DNA of 64,000 nucleotides from Granulosicoccaceae bacterium (GTDB lineage Bacteria > Pseudomonadota > Gammaproteobacteria > Granulosicoccales > Granulosicoccaceae): NCBI GenBank assembly GCA_036478595.1, contig JAZGEF010000003.1, positions 125,043-189,042 of the forward strand, written 5' to 3'. A program made the position numbers and the translations under genes. The notes under the pieces are model-generated. The model was not told the origin of the DNA. It ran no database searches and saw only the letters and a program-made list of their open reading frames with translations. Positions 51,797-61,709 of this stretch are shown piece by piece; position 1 is the first letter of the stretch, and each line of letters begins with the position of its first letter.

Positions 51797-52378
51797 ATGA
51801 AACTTCTAAAAGCCCTAAACCTTATCCCTATTTTCGCCACATTCATGACAGTGGCAACCCAGAGCCCAGCTGGCAGCCTAGCTGGCCGTCTCGGCATCGA
51901 AGGCGGTGGCGATAAACTACTTTCTCTTCAATTTACAAACGGTGATACCAACCACATCAAAGCCGGCAATGGCGCGTTTTTTGAAATTGGCTATGGCACA
52001 AGCACGCCATTGCAAAACGATCCTGCCCTGCAGACTGAATTCAGCTTTGGCTACAAGATTGACAGCGAAACTGCTAGTAATGGCGAGGTCGAATTCAGAC
52101 GCTTATCGGTTAATTTAAACCAGATGATTAAACTAGAAAAATTTCGCTTGGGTGGCGGATTGACTTATCATTTTGATAACAAGTTTAAAACTCGTGGTAG
52201 CTTTTTCAATGGTGGAAACGTCGAGTTTGACAAGAGTTTAGGCATTAACTTGATGGCAGAATATTTGGCCAGTGACAGAGCGGTTTTTGGGATTAGAGCC
52301 ACGATCATTGAGTACGAAGCTAATGGCGCCACCGTGGACGGAAACAGTATTGGCCTGTACCTGGGCGCTAATTACTAG
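51797..52378 (+). CDS. outer membrane beta-barrel protein (OmpA/PorT-like, 8-stranded)
   Basis: signal peptide, alternating amphipathic strands, C-terminal LYLGANY ending in an aromatic residue. Confidence 0.7.
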   Translation: MKLLKALNLIPIFATFMTVATQSPAGSLAGRLGIEGGGDKLLSLQFTNGDTNHIKAGNGAFFEIGYGTSTPLQNDPALQTEFSFGYKIDSETASNGEVEFRRLSVNLNQMIKLEKFRLGGGLTYHFDNKFKTRGSFFNGGNVEFDKSLGINLMAEYLASDRAVFGIRATIIEYEANGATVDGNSIGLYLGANY

Positions 52379-52455
52379 AGCTTGAGGCAAGCCTTGGCAC
52401 AGCTGCAATAACAACCCAAAGGCTGCTATTGCAGTGTGTAACAATGCACTAAATT

Positions 52456-52803
52456 AGATGGAGTCGGCCGTTAAGCCGGGTTCTGTCGTGGATCATCATT
52501 CATCTAGGCCTTGCGTCACCGCAAGGCTCAAGCGACCTACCCGGGGACAGCGCGGACCACGCCTATGTCCCTCTATTTGGTCTTGCTCCAGGTGGGGTTT
52601 ACCATGCCGTTACGTGTTACCACGAACGCGGTGCGCTCTTACCACACCATTTCAACCTTACCGGCAGTAAACTGCTTAGGCGGTTTATTTTCTGCTGCAC
52701 TTTCCGTAGGCTCACGCCCCCCAGGAATTACCTGGCACCCTGTCCAAGGAGCCCGGACTTTCCTCGCCAGCACAAGTGCTGCCGCGATGATCTGGCCAAC
52801 TCC
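52456..52803 (-). ncRNA. rnpB: RNase P RNA, type A
   Basis: 5' GGAGTTGGCCAG...GAGGAAAGTCCGGGCTCC and 3' ACAGAACCCGGCTTAACGGCCGACTCC; the P1 ends pair; located between rsmI and mraZ. Confidence 0.97.
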
Positions 52804-52830
52804 GCTGACAAGTTTACCTGTTTGTCGAAC

Positions 52831-52923
52831 TCGTGTGCGAGCCCAGTCGTGTGCGAGCCCAGTCGTGTGCGAGCCCAGTCGTGTGCGAGCCCAGTCGTGT
52901 GCGAGCCCAGTCGGTGCGAGCCC
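52831..52923. repeat. 16-bp tandem repeat TCGTGTGCGAGCCCAG, 5 perfect copies plus 1 degenerate copy
   Basis: copies start at 52831, 52847, 52863, 52879, 52895; TCGGTGCGAGCCC at 52911. Confidence 0.97.
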
Positions 52924-52949
52924 GGGTGAGCACAACTGAATTCTAGATA

Positions 52950-53840
52950 CTATTCAGAGGAATCCTGATTACGCATTTCAACTGCCAGATTGTATGTGGC
53001 TTTACGCGGCACATCGAGTAGTTCGACAACACATTTAACCGCCACCTTGATCGGCAAGTGCGGCAGCAGTATCTCCAAAGCCTGTTTCGCTTTACCCAGA
53101 TTGACCTCGTCAACCTCTGCCTGGTGCCCTGCCAGCACGATGACAAACTCGCCTTTTAATTGCATGTCATCATCGTTCATGGCTTGACGAATTTGAGCAA
53201 CGCTGCCGTGGTGCAGCGTTTCAAAACGTTTGGTTAATTCCCGAGCAACACAAGCTCGGCGCTCGCTACCGCAAACCGCTTCAATTGCCTGCATGGTGGC
53301 CAAGATGCGATGTCGAGCTTCATACATAATGAGCGTGTGAGGCGCGCTGACAAGCGATGCCAGCCACTGGGTTCGAGCCGCTTCGCGTGCTGGCGGGAAG
53401 CCCACATACTGAAATCGGTCGGTTGGTAAACCGCTTACGCATAGGGCGGCCGTCAAGGCACTGGCCCCCGGAATTGGGCGCACTGCCAGATCGGCATCAA
53501 CACAGGCTTTGACCAAACGGTAACCGGGGTCAGATATTAGCGGCGTCCCCGCATCGCTTATCAATGCCGCGCTGTTTCCATCATGCAAAAACGCCACAAC
53601 AGAGGCTATACGCTGTTCCTCATTGTGCTCATGCAATGACACTGTTGGCGTTGCAATACCATGATGGCGCAGCAATACGCTACTATGACGGGTATCCTCG
53701 GCATAGATTCGATCAACGCTACGCAGAGCTTCAATCGCCCGCAAAGAGATATCATCTTTGTTACCGATTGGTGTAGCCACTATGTACAGGGTGTTCTTGT
53801 TTAGAGAATTCCCGTACACCGATTTTTGTGCTCCGGTCAT
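52950..53840 (-). CDS. rsmI: 16S rRNA Cm1402 2'-O-methyltransferase RsmI
   Basis: LYIVATPIGN, EDTR, SDAGTPLISDPG, ARELTKRFE, KGEFV. Confidence 0.96.
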   Translation of the reverse strand: MTGAQKSVYGNSLNKNTLYIVATPIGNKDDISLRAIEALRSVDRIYAEDTRHSSVLLRHHGIATPTVSLHEHNEEQRIASVVAFLHDGNSAALISDAGTPLISDPGYRLVKACVDADLAVRPIPGASALTAALCVSGLPTDRFQYVGFPPAREAARTQWLASLVSAPHTLIMYEARHRILATMQAIEAVCGSERRACVARELTKRFETLHHGSVAQIRQAMNDDDMQLKGEFVIVLAGHQAEVDEVNLGKAKQALEILLPHLPIKVAVKCVVELLDVPRKATYNLAVEMRNQDSSE

Positions 53841-53944
53841 ATGCAACTGAATCTCATTTTTACTAATTTTTTTGTGAGCTAATTTTTGTAAGCTAATATG
53901 TTGCTAACTTGTCTAAAACTAACCTATTTATTTGATCTGAACAC

Positions 53945-55885
53945 ATGATCGCAATCACCCGCCTATCACTAATTTGTTCCGCATTGTTGTTGGTCGTAGC
54001 CCTACAGGGTTGCCAATCTGCGGGGCCTAAATTGCCCGAAGACCCAAGCATATCGAGAATAACAGACCCTAAGGCACGACGGCAGCTACGCCAGGGCAAA
54101 CCCCTTGCCGCAGCAAACACCTACAGTAGCAGGGCAGCTCGCAGCTCCGATATTAATCAACAACAGGATTACCTGCTAATCGCTGCCGAAATTCTGCTCG
54201 ACCGGGGCATGCTCGAGCCCGGCAGTGAAAAACTAACCGCAGTGCCATCTGAGCTTGCCACACTTGAGCTTCAACACCGCTATGCCATCCTGCAATCCAA
54301 ACAATTGATGTTCAGTGGCAACGCGGAAGACGCACTGGACGCATTACCTGATCCAGAAGATGTCACTTCTCCACTACATCGGGCACGGTTGTTTGAAACT
54401 CGCGCACAAAGTTTTAATGTATTAAACGATCCAGACAACGAACTTATCGCGCGCATCGATTTGGAAGCACAATTGAGCAATCAAGATATTATCGATAAAA
54501 ATCATCAACAGATTTGGCAAATGCTCAGCACACAGTCAGTGACCACACTAGGCGGGCTTACCACCAACGTACGTGGTGATATTTATCAGGGCTGGATAGA
54601 GCTAGCGCTGGCCAACGCCGATAGTACCCAAAACAACGCTCCGCGAGCCGAACAGATTCGTCAGTGGCAAACCCGTTTCGCAAAGCATCCCGCCAACTCG
54701 CGTTTTGCGCCCGCGTTGTTTGAACCCAACGGTGACGGCGGCTTTATAGGCAATGATAAGCCCATTAATCAAATAGCCGTGCTACTGCCGCTATCAGCAC
54801 AAGGCATTGGCAATGCAGCAGCTGCAGTTCGTGATGGTTTGGTTACCGCGTATCAGCAAGCTAACGCTAGCCAGGTGGTACCAACCTTGCGCTTTTATGA
54901 TGTCGGCGCTAATCCCGCCTACGCAAGAACTGCCTATCAAAATGCGGTCAACGACGGCGCTGATGCGATCATCGGCCCGTTACGCAAACAAGCCGTGTCA
55001 GCGATTGTGACGCAACGCTCACTAGCTGTACCAACACTGACACTCAATACCGTGGAGCTCTATCAACAATCTGAGGCGAATTCTAATTTGCTGCAGTTTG
55101 GCCTGGCGCCCGAAGACGAAGCTCGTTCAGCTGCGTCTCGTGCAATAGCGCTGTCGTTAAACACCGCCATTATTTTGCAAGCAGATGATTCACGCGGTGA
55201 TCGCGAGGCGCGCGCGTTCCAAGAAACCATGTTTGCCTATGGTGGCGACATTGCCCATATCGCTATTTTGCCTAAAGACCAATACGATTACTCTGAGCAA
55301 ATACGCGATGCCTTACAAATTTCGCAGAGCGATCAACGTTTTCGTACATTGTCTCGTAACATCGGCCAAAAGTTATTTTTCGAACCCAGCATTCGTAACG
55401 ACATAGATGTCGTGTTTCTTGCCATCACTTCTGATCAAGCTCGTTCGGTGCGTCCACAGTTAGATTTTTTTCGTGCTCGCCATTTGACGCGCCTCGCCAC
55501 AAGCCGAGTTGCCGCGCTTGAAGACGATGTCCGAAAAAACAAAGATCTCAACAGTATTTTTTACGCAGACACGCCATGGGCCTTAAATAAAAAACTACGT
55601 AAAGACCCTCTCAAGCAAACAATCGAACAGAACTTTCCGCAATCCAAAGGCGTATACGGCAAGCTTTACGCCTTGGGCGTCGATGCCTACCAAATATTGG
55701 TAGGATTAGATTCGCTTACTCAAGGGCAACGCCTACCTGGCTACACCGGCGAACTAGAACTCACTAGCGATGGTCGTATTGAGCGTCATCTTGATTGGGC
55801 GCAATACCAAGAAGGTATCGCTGTACCGGTGAAGCGTTTAGAAGCAGCACCTCTGCAATCAATACGCAGCCGCGCGCTGAACTAG
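53945..55885 (+). CDS. lpoA: penicillin-binding protein activator LpoA
   Basis: lipobox LQGC, TPR N-domain, QGWIELA, IAVLLPLS, IIGPL, LYALGVDAY, GYTGEL. Confidence 0.9.
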   Translation: MIAITRLSLICSALLLVVALQGCQSAGPKLPEDPSISRITDPKARRQLRQGKPLAAANTYSSRAARSSDINQQQDYLLIAAEILLDRGMLEPGSEKLTAVPSELATLELQHRYAILQSKQLMFSGNAEDALDALPDPEDVTSPLHRARLFETRAQSFNVLNDPDNELIARIDLEAQLSNQDIIDKNHQQIWQMLSTQSVTTLGGLTTNVRGDIYQGWIELALANADSTQNNAPRAEQIRQWQTRFAKHPANSRFAPALFEPNGDGGFIGNDKPINQIAVLLPLSAQGIGNAAAAVRDGLVTAYQQANASQVVPTLRFYDVGANPAYARTAYQNAVNDGADAIIGPLRKQAVSAIVTQRSLAVPTLTLNTVELYQQSEANSNLLQFGLAPEDEARSAASRAIALSLNTAIILQADDSRGDREARAFQETMFAYGGDIAHIAILPKDQYDYSEQIRDALQISQSDQRFRTLSRNIGQKLFFEPSIRNDIDVVFLAITSDQARSVRPQLDFFRARHLTRLATSRVAALEDDVRKNKDLNSIFYADTPWALNKKLRKDPLKQTIEQNFPQSKGVYGKLYALGVDAYQILVGLDSLTQGQRLPGYTGELELTSDGRIERHLDWAQYQEGIAVPVKRLEAAPLQSIRSRALN

Positions 55886-55920
55886 TGTTTTAAAGAATCA
55901 GTAACGGACAAGGAGGTCCT

Positions 55921-56346
55921 ATGAACACACAGGCAATAGGCAAAGCAGCCGAGCAACTCGCCTGCCGATATTTACAGACACAAGGCTTGCGCCACGTCAG
56001 CCAAAACTTTAACCGGCGCATGGGCGAAATCGATCTGATCATGTTTGATGACAATGCTAAAAGCTGGGTGTTGGTTGAAGTGCGGTATCGTAAAAACAGT
56101 CGTTACGGCAACCCCGCCATTAGCGTGGACCGCAACAAACAAAGTAAGCTCAAAGTGGCGGCGCGAGCTTTTTTACAGCAACACGCTCAGCCACAACATG
56201 CCGCCCGCATCGACGTTGTTGCTCTGTCACCCTTGGATCCATCCGCAGCCGAAGAGATGGAGCGAAGCTTGACCTTGCACGGCCGGGTATCAACCGAGTT
56301 TGAAGATCACGCGCTTGATTGGTTTATCAATGCGATTGACGGATAG
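55921..56346 (+). CDS. yraN: YraN family protein (UPF0102)
   Basis: G..AE..A..YL, GEIDLI, VEVRYR, RIDVV; follows lpoA. Confidence 0.9.
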   Translation: MNTQAIGKAAEQLACRYLQTQGLRHVSQNFNRRMGEIDLIMFDDNAKSWVLVEVRYRKNSRYGNPAISVDRNKQSKLKVAARAFLQQHAQPQHAARIDVVALSPLDPSAAEEMERSLTLHGRVSTEFEDHALDWFINAIDG

Positions 56347-56394
56347 GTGGCCGCGTCGTCCTGGTAAACGTGGGCTAGGCACATTTTAGAGGAG

Positions 56395-56793
56395 TTACTT
56401 AACGATCTTAAGATTAGGCCGCTTGATTTCGTTAGCGCTAGGTTTTTTCTTTTTCTTGTTGGTGCCTGGCTCTGGTGGGATGTCGTCGTGCTTGCCAAAT
56501 ACCATGCCTTGACCGTTTTCGCGAGCGTAGATTGCATTGACGCTGCCTACTGGCACACTGACGTCCATGGCATTACCGCTAAAACGTGCATTAAACACGA
56601 TGGCGTCATTGCCAAGCACCAAGCTGTGAGTAGCTTCGGGGCTAACGTTGAGTATGATCTTACCGTCGTCTACAAAGGCTTGCGGGATGATGACGTTTTC
56701 GTGAGTGGCATCCACGAGCAAATACGGGGTCAGCTGGTTATCAACTATCCACTCATATAGTGCTCGTATGAGGTAGGGCCTACTCGGGGTCAT
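56395..56793 (-). CDS. sspB: ClpXP adaptor SspB
   Basis: MTPSRPYLIRALYEWIVDN, FNARFSG, IYARENGQGM, C-terminal RPNLKIVK. Confidence 0.95.
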   Translation of the reverse strand: MTPSRPYLIRALYEWIVDNQLTPYLLVDATHENVIIPQAFVDDGKIILNVSPEATHSLVLGNDAIVFNARFSGNAMDVSVPVGSVNAIYARENGQGMVFGKHDDIPPEPGTNKKKKKPSANEIKRPNLKIVK

Positions 56794-56920
56794 GTCGGTA
56801 TCGCATCACTTTCGCAAAAAACTATTTCTCATTCAGCTGCTGTTGGAACCTTGCCACCTTGCCATATTGGCGCGATAGCTTCAACCGTCAATACTGAGTT
56901 CATAGTAAAGAGCGGCCATA

Positions 56921-56941
56921 CCCGGCTCTTATCGAACCGGA
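56921..56941 (-). terminator. hairpin downstream of petC
   Basis: CCCGGTTC-GATAA-GAGCCGGG, 8 bp with one G-U; weak U-tail. Confidence 0.4.
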
Positions 56942-56960
56942 GATAATCCCGCAAAACCCA

Positions 56961-57779
56961 CTATACGACGTCTTTCCAGTATTCCTTTTTTAGTGAATAC
57001 ACTAAGGCCAGCAATAACAATAAGAACAGCATCACCACCATGCCGATGCGATGGCGAGTTTGCTTGATAGGGTCGGCCATATAAGCCATGAAATTAACAA
57101 GATCAGCAACCATGTCGTCGTACTCGTCTTCACTCATGGTACCGTCGCTTACACGGCTAAGGCCATCCAGCTGTTTATGCCCCGCTTCATCTGTTACATA
57201 ATTTGCCTTCATCAAACCTTGCTGCTCCCACAAAACGTGAGGCATGGCAGCACCAGGGTATACCGTGTTGTTAACACCTAAACCTGGCCGGCTAGGGTCG
57301 AGATAAAAGCCTTTGAGATAACTGTAGATCCAGTCAACGCCACGCGAACGCGCCGTTAGCGCTAGATTGGGAGGAGCAACACCGAAGGCTTGCTTGCCGT
57401 AATCCTCGGACATACTGCTTTCCATTAACGAACCCACCTTGCTTCGCTCACCTTCATCATCGGTGGTGAAAATAAGATTGTTGAGCACGTCTTCTTCATC
57501 AAGCTTTAAATCCGCTGCAACACGACTGTATCGAGCGTAGTCGGCTGTGTGGCAGCCCATGCAGTAGTTGACGAAGGTTTTTGCGCCTCGTTGCAACGAC
57601 TTATGATTACCCGTATCAATAATGGGTGATTCGAGCGCTACACCTGAGCCCGATGCTGCTAACTGCAGTGGTAGCAATAGTGTTGCAGCCAACACGAAGC
57701 CTTTAAGAGCTTTGCTGCTACCGCGCTTAGCAAAATGCACAATATGTGCACTACTCATGTTAATCGTGGTCTTCATCAT
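56961..57779 (-). CDS. petC: cytochrome c1
   Basis: LQRGA..FVNYCMGCH, PPNL, MPHVL, C-terminal TM and KKEYWKDV. Confidence 0.95.
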   Translation of the reverse strand: MMKTTINMSSAHIVHFAKRGSSKALKGFVLAATLLLPLQLAASGSGVALESPIIDTGNHKSLQRGAKTFVNYCMGCHTADYARYSRVAADLKLDEEDVLNNLIFTTDDEGERSKVGSLMESSMSEDYGKQAFGVAPPNLALTARSRGVDWIYSYLKGFYLDPSRPGLGVNNTVYPGAAMPHVLWEQQGLMKANYVTDEAGHKQLDGLSRVSDGTMSEDEYDDMVADLVNFMAYMADPIKQTRHRIGMVVMLFLLLLLALVYSLKKEYWKDVV

Positions 57780-58996
57780 GTGACCCTCTCAGGCAAAGGC
57801 TTGGTTTTCTCATTTCGACTAATCACAAACAAGCCAACAAAAAATCCAAAATAAATCAGCGAGCAAATTCTCGATACCAGCCTACCCATATCGGTGGGCG
57901 ATTGCATACCTAAGTAACCCAGCACGATGAACGCGATAACAAAAGAGAACAACAACACCTTATAAGCAGTGGAGCGATAACGAATTGATCTAACCGGGCC
58001 ACGATCGATCCATGGCAGAAAGAACAACACAATAATCGCAGCACCCATGGCCATTACACCCATCAGCTTATCCGGCACTGCCCGCAAAATTGCATAGAAC
58101 GGCGTGAAGTACCAAACCGGCGCTATGTGCTCGGGTGTTTTTAGCGGATCAGCCGGTACAAAGTTGGCGTGCTCCAAAAAGTAACCGCCCATTTCAGGGG
58201 CAAAAAACACAATCGCAAAAAACACGATAAGAAACACCACCAAACCGAATAGATCTTTAACGGTGTAGTAAGGGTGGAACGGAATGCCGTCTTTAGGAAT
58301 ACCAGCAGCATTTTTGGTTTTCTTTATTTCAATGCCATCCGGATTATTTGAACCCACTTCGTGCAGCGCTAATATATGCGCCACCACTAAGAATACGAGC
58401 ACAAGCGGCACAGCGATAACGTGCAAGGCAAAGAAGCGGTTGAGCGTGGCATCAGAAACAATGTAGTCGCCTTTTAACCATAAGGTGACAGCATCACCAA
58501 TACCAAACGGGATAGCACCAAATAAAGAGATAATGACCTGCGCGCCCCAGTAACTCATTTGGCCCCAAGGCAGCAAATAACCCATGAAGGCTTCAGCCAT
58601 TAGGGCGACATAAATAAGCATGCCAAATACCCACAACAACTCACGTGGTTTTTTGTATGAGCCATACATAATGCCGCGAAACATATGCAAGTAGACAACG
58701 ACAAAAAACAACGAAGCACCCGTTGAGTGCATGTAGCGAATCAGCCAACCGTAGTTCACATCACGCATGATGTACTCAACCGATTTGAACGCAAGCTCGC
58801 CATCGGGCTTGTAGTTCATGGTTAAGAAGATACCGGTGATAAATTGGAGCGCTAACACCACCATCGCCAAAGAGCCGAAGTAGTACCAGAAGTTGAAATT
58901 TTTGGGCGCGTAATACTTGGTTACGTGCTCTTCCATCATTTTGGTTAGTGGGAATCGCTCATCGATCCAAGCGATTAAACCTGTTGTCTTACTCAT
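57776..58996 (-). CDS. petB: cytochrome b
   Basis: NFWYYFGS, RYMHSTGAS, YLLPWGQMSYWG, RFFALH, TPEHIAPVWYF. Confidence 0.97.
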   Translation of the reverse strand: MSKTTGLIAWIDERFPLTKMMEEHVTKYYAPKNFNFWYYFGSLAMVVLALQFITGIFLTMNYKPDGELAFKSVEYIMRDVNYGWLIRYMHSTGASLFFVVVYLHMFRGIMYGSYKKPRELLWVFGMLIYVALMAEAFMGYLLPWGQMSYWGAQVIISLFGAIPFGIGDAVTLWLKGDYIVSDATLNRFFALHVIAVPLVLVFLVVAHILALHEVGSNNPDGIEIKKTKNAAGIPKDGIPFHPYYTVKDLFGLVVFLIVFFAIVFFAPEMGGYFLEHANFVPADPLKTPEHIAPVWYFTPFYAILRAVPDKLMGVMAMGAAIIVLFFLPWIDRGPVRSIRYRSTAYKVLLFSFVIAFIVLGYLGMQSPTDMGRLVSRICSLIYFGFFVGLFVISRNEKTKPLPERVT

Positions 58997-59643
58997 GCTG
59001 CAGCCCCTCCATCCACACCTACAATGATATTGGAATCGTCGATATATGAATGCGGCGGAACTTCGAGATTAGTTGGCGCTGGTACGCCCGTTAGTACTCG
59101 CCCGGCGAGATCAAATTTAGAACCGTGACACGCACAGAAAAAACCACCTTCCCAGTCGCTACCCAAATCGGCAGCGGCCACCTCTGGGCGATAACCGGGT
59201 GAGCAACCCAAATGCGTGCAGATACCGATCAACACAAGGTATTCTTCTTTGATTGAACGAACCGCATTTTGCGCATACGCAGGTTGCTGATCCTCAATTG
59301 ATTCAGGATCACGCAGTGCTATGGTTGTGTTTTTGAGCAACTCAACAGTTGCCGCAGTACGACGCACCACCCAAACCGGTTTACCACGCCATTCGACTGT
59401 CATCATCTGGCCTTCTGTCAGTTTGCTGATGTCGGCTTCGACAGGCGCGCCAGCAGCTTTCGCTCGGGCACTGGGAGACATGGAAGCCAGCATGGACACG
59501 CCCATAGCGACGGCGCCTGCTCCTCCGACTACCGATGCGCCACCTATCAAAAGACGGCGGCGACCAGGATCAACATTGTCCTGATTAATGGAATTTTCGA
59601 CAGGTGCAGCAATGCTGTTTTCCGTCTGTTTTTTAGCGCTCAT
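58993..59643 (-). CDS. petA: Rieske iron-sulfur subunit of cytochrome bc1
   Basis: Tat motif PGRRRLL, CTHLGCSP, FFCACHGSKFD. Confidence 0.96.
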   Translation of the reverse strand: MSAKKQTENSIAAPVENSINQDNVDPGRRRLLIGGASVVGGAGAVAMGVSMLASMSPSARAKAAGAPVEADISKLTEGQMMTVEWRGKPVWVVRRTAATVELLKNTTIALRDPESIEDQQPAYAQNAVRSIKEEYLVLIGICTHLGCSPGYRPEVAAADLGSDWEGGFFCACHGSKFDLAGRVLTGVPAPTNLEVPPHSYIDDSNIIVGVDGGAAA

Positions 59644-59766
59644 TTGGAGGCTCCAATATCTTGAATTCGTGACCTTGATGCAGCCCCCTAGATTAGCACA
59701 TCACTGGCCGCAAAATCGCGCTAACAGGGTTCTTCGGTTACCATAGCAAGCTCCAACTTACGGAGC

Positions 59767-60885
59767 GTGCAGATCAAAACCCGGTACTGGATAAGCTACT
59801 CGCTGATTGGCCTTGCAGCGGGGGTACTGATCTATGGCCTAGCCTCAGACTCAGGGCGAAAGAGCCTTGCGCCATTGGCGCCAAGTAACTGGCTTGGCCG
59901 AATCTTAGATCATCAAGTTGACTCGTACCACAAAGGTATAGCTCAGGTTGCGCCTTCAGTGGTGAGTCTTTACTCAAGCGAGACAATCTATTCGTCAGTT
60001 CCGACCAGCACTTTGGCTGGTATCGCCCCCTCAGAACGCCTTAGCACCAGCCAAGGTTCAGGCGTCATAATTGACGAAAACGGCCTGGTACTGACCAACT
60101 ACCACCTCATAGATGGGGCCGACACGATCAATGTTGTGCTGAACAATGGAGAGTTACTTAAAGCCGATGTGCTGGGCAGCGACAAAGAAACCGATTTGGC
60201 CGTGGTGAAAGTCAATGCTGACAAACCTCTGCCCCACACCACGTTCGACACATCGCCACTTCTGCACGTGGGCGATATTGTGCTGGCAATCGGCAACCCA
60301 TTCGGAGTTGGGCAGACGGTCACGCAGGGCATCGTCAGCGCCACCGCCAGGCACGTTGCGGGCGGAAGTGCTTGGCAAAATTTTGTACAAATAGACGCCG
60401 CAATTAATCCCGGCAATTCAGGTGGCGCTCTGATTAACCCGTCGGGGCAGCTCGTCGGAATCAACACAGCAGCATTTAGCCGAGATCAGGGAGCTCAAGG
60501 GATCGGATTTGCAATTCCGGCGGAGCTGCTTCGCCAAGTCGTGCCTCAGCTAGTTGAAAAAGGTCGCGTTATTCGTGGCTGGTTGGGTATCGGTGCTGAT
60601 GATTTACCCATGTTTCCTGCTTTGAATCAACGAATTATGCGTGGAGCAGTGATTACCGGTGTCCTACCCAACGGACCAGGAGCCCAGGCCGGGTTACAAC
60701 CGTATGATGTGGTCGTAAGCGTGGGCGATCGTGCCATAAACAATACGACTGAACTGCTTCTACTGATATCCGCACTGGATCCAGATGACACAGCGGATAT
60801 GGGTATCTGGCGTAATGGCAAGCTGATCACGGTTGCTGCCACTCTGGTGGAGCGCCCGAGATCCAACCTGAGATCCGACAAATGA
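59767..60885 (+). CDS. degS: HtrA-family serine protease with one PDZ domain (DegS/AlgW-like)
   Basis: TNYHLI, DLAV, GNSGGAL triad motifs; N-terminal TM; single PDZ domain. Confidence 0.8.
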   Translation: MQIKTRYWISYSLIGLAAGVLIYGLASDSGRKSLAPLAPSNWLGRILDHQVDSYHKGIAQVAPSVVSLYSSETIYSSVPTSTLAGIAPSERLSTSQGSGVIIDENGLVLTNYHLIDGADTINVVLNNGELLKADVLGSDKETDLAVVKVNADKPLPHTTFDTSPLLHVGDIVLAIGNPFGVGQTVTQGIVSATARHVAGGSAWQNFVQIDAAINPGNSGGALINPSGQLVGINTAAFSRDQGAQGIGFAIPAELLRQVVPQLVEKGRVIRGWLGIGADDLPMFPALNQRIMRGAVITGVLPNGPGAQAGLQPYDVVVSVGDRAINNTTELLLLISALDPDDTADMGIWRNGKLITVAATLVERPRSNLRSDK

Positions 60886-60995
60886 TAAAACAGCAATGGC
60901 TGTCAGGCTTGCGCCATTTTAGGGCATAATAAATCAAGAAAAGGCTTGATTAATACTTAGATATCAAGACACGGCGAACACCAAGAGATGTTCAT

Positions 60996-61709
60996 ATGCT
61001 TAGCAAACTCTTAACAAAAACAACACAAAAAGCCACTAAATTGGCGCGCAAAGCGCAAGTCCAGCAGCATATTCGCGGCATCAAGAGCCGTGACTTCTCT
61101 ATAATTGCCAGTAACTGCACCGGCACCCTGCCGTATCGGTTTATAGACATGACTTACCTTTCCCCGACGGCCAATCTGTTTTTTTACGCACCGTGTTATC
61201 TTAAGTTTGCAGCTCGTCTGGACTACTACCTCAAACAAGAGCTTAAGTTTGTGGGCTCATCAAAGTATGTACCAGGACGCATTGTGCATCAGCAATTTGG
61301 TCAATACCCAATTGCGCATCTTGACGATGTCGAAATACATTTTATGCACTACGAAACTGCATACGATGCACAAGATAAGTGGATCCGTCGATCGCAACGC
61401 ATTAACCCAAAAAAAATAATTTTCGCATTCACTGACAGGGATCTCTGCACACTCGATCTCATGCAGCAATTCGACCTACTGCCTGGTCGCAAAATACTGC
61501 TAACCGCTCAAGCAAGCCCTTGGCTTTCTTCAGCGATTACTGTCCCAGCGTATCGCGGTCAATCTGAAATTGGCGACGCATACACTAATTACAACCACCT
61601 AAGCCACGTTAACTTCCGCCGCTTAATTGATGGTCCTGCTGTGACCCAGTCATTCGAGCTAGCTGATTTGGAACGCGAAGAAAACCAGCTAGCAGTACGG
61701 CCGTCGTAA
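60996..61709 (+). CDS. DUF1919-like putative polysaccharide biosynthesis protein
   Basis: SIIASNCTG....Y.......SPTANLF, YPI..LDDVEIHFMHY, KW.RR..RIN pattern recalled for DUF1919. Confidence 0.7.
   Translation: MLSKLLTKTTQKATKLARKAQVQQHIRGIKSRDFSIIASNCTGTLPYRFIDMTYLSPTANLFFYAPCYLKFAARLDYYLKQELKFVGSSKYVPGRIVHQQFGQYPIAHLDDVEIHFMHYETAYDAQDKWIRRSQRINPKKIIFAFTDRDLCTLDLMQQFDLLPGRKILLTAQASPWLSSAITVPAYRGQSEIGDAYTNYNHLSHVNFRRLIDGPAVTQSFELADLEREENQLAVRPS

Noticed and set aside
52831-52923. 16-bp repeat as a CRISPR array
   Set aside because: The units are contiguous with no spacers and too short, and no cas genes are present.
52511-52939. 142-aa and 98-aa ORFs over rnpB and the tandem repeat
   Set aside because: They overlap the RNase P RNA, and their repetitive peptides just reflect the DNA repeat.
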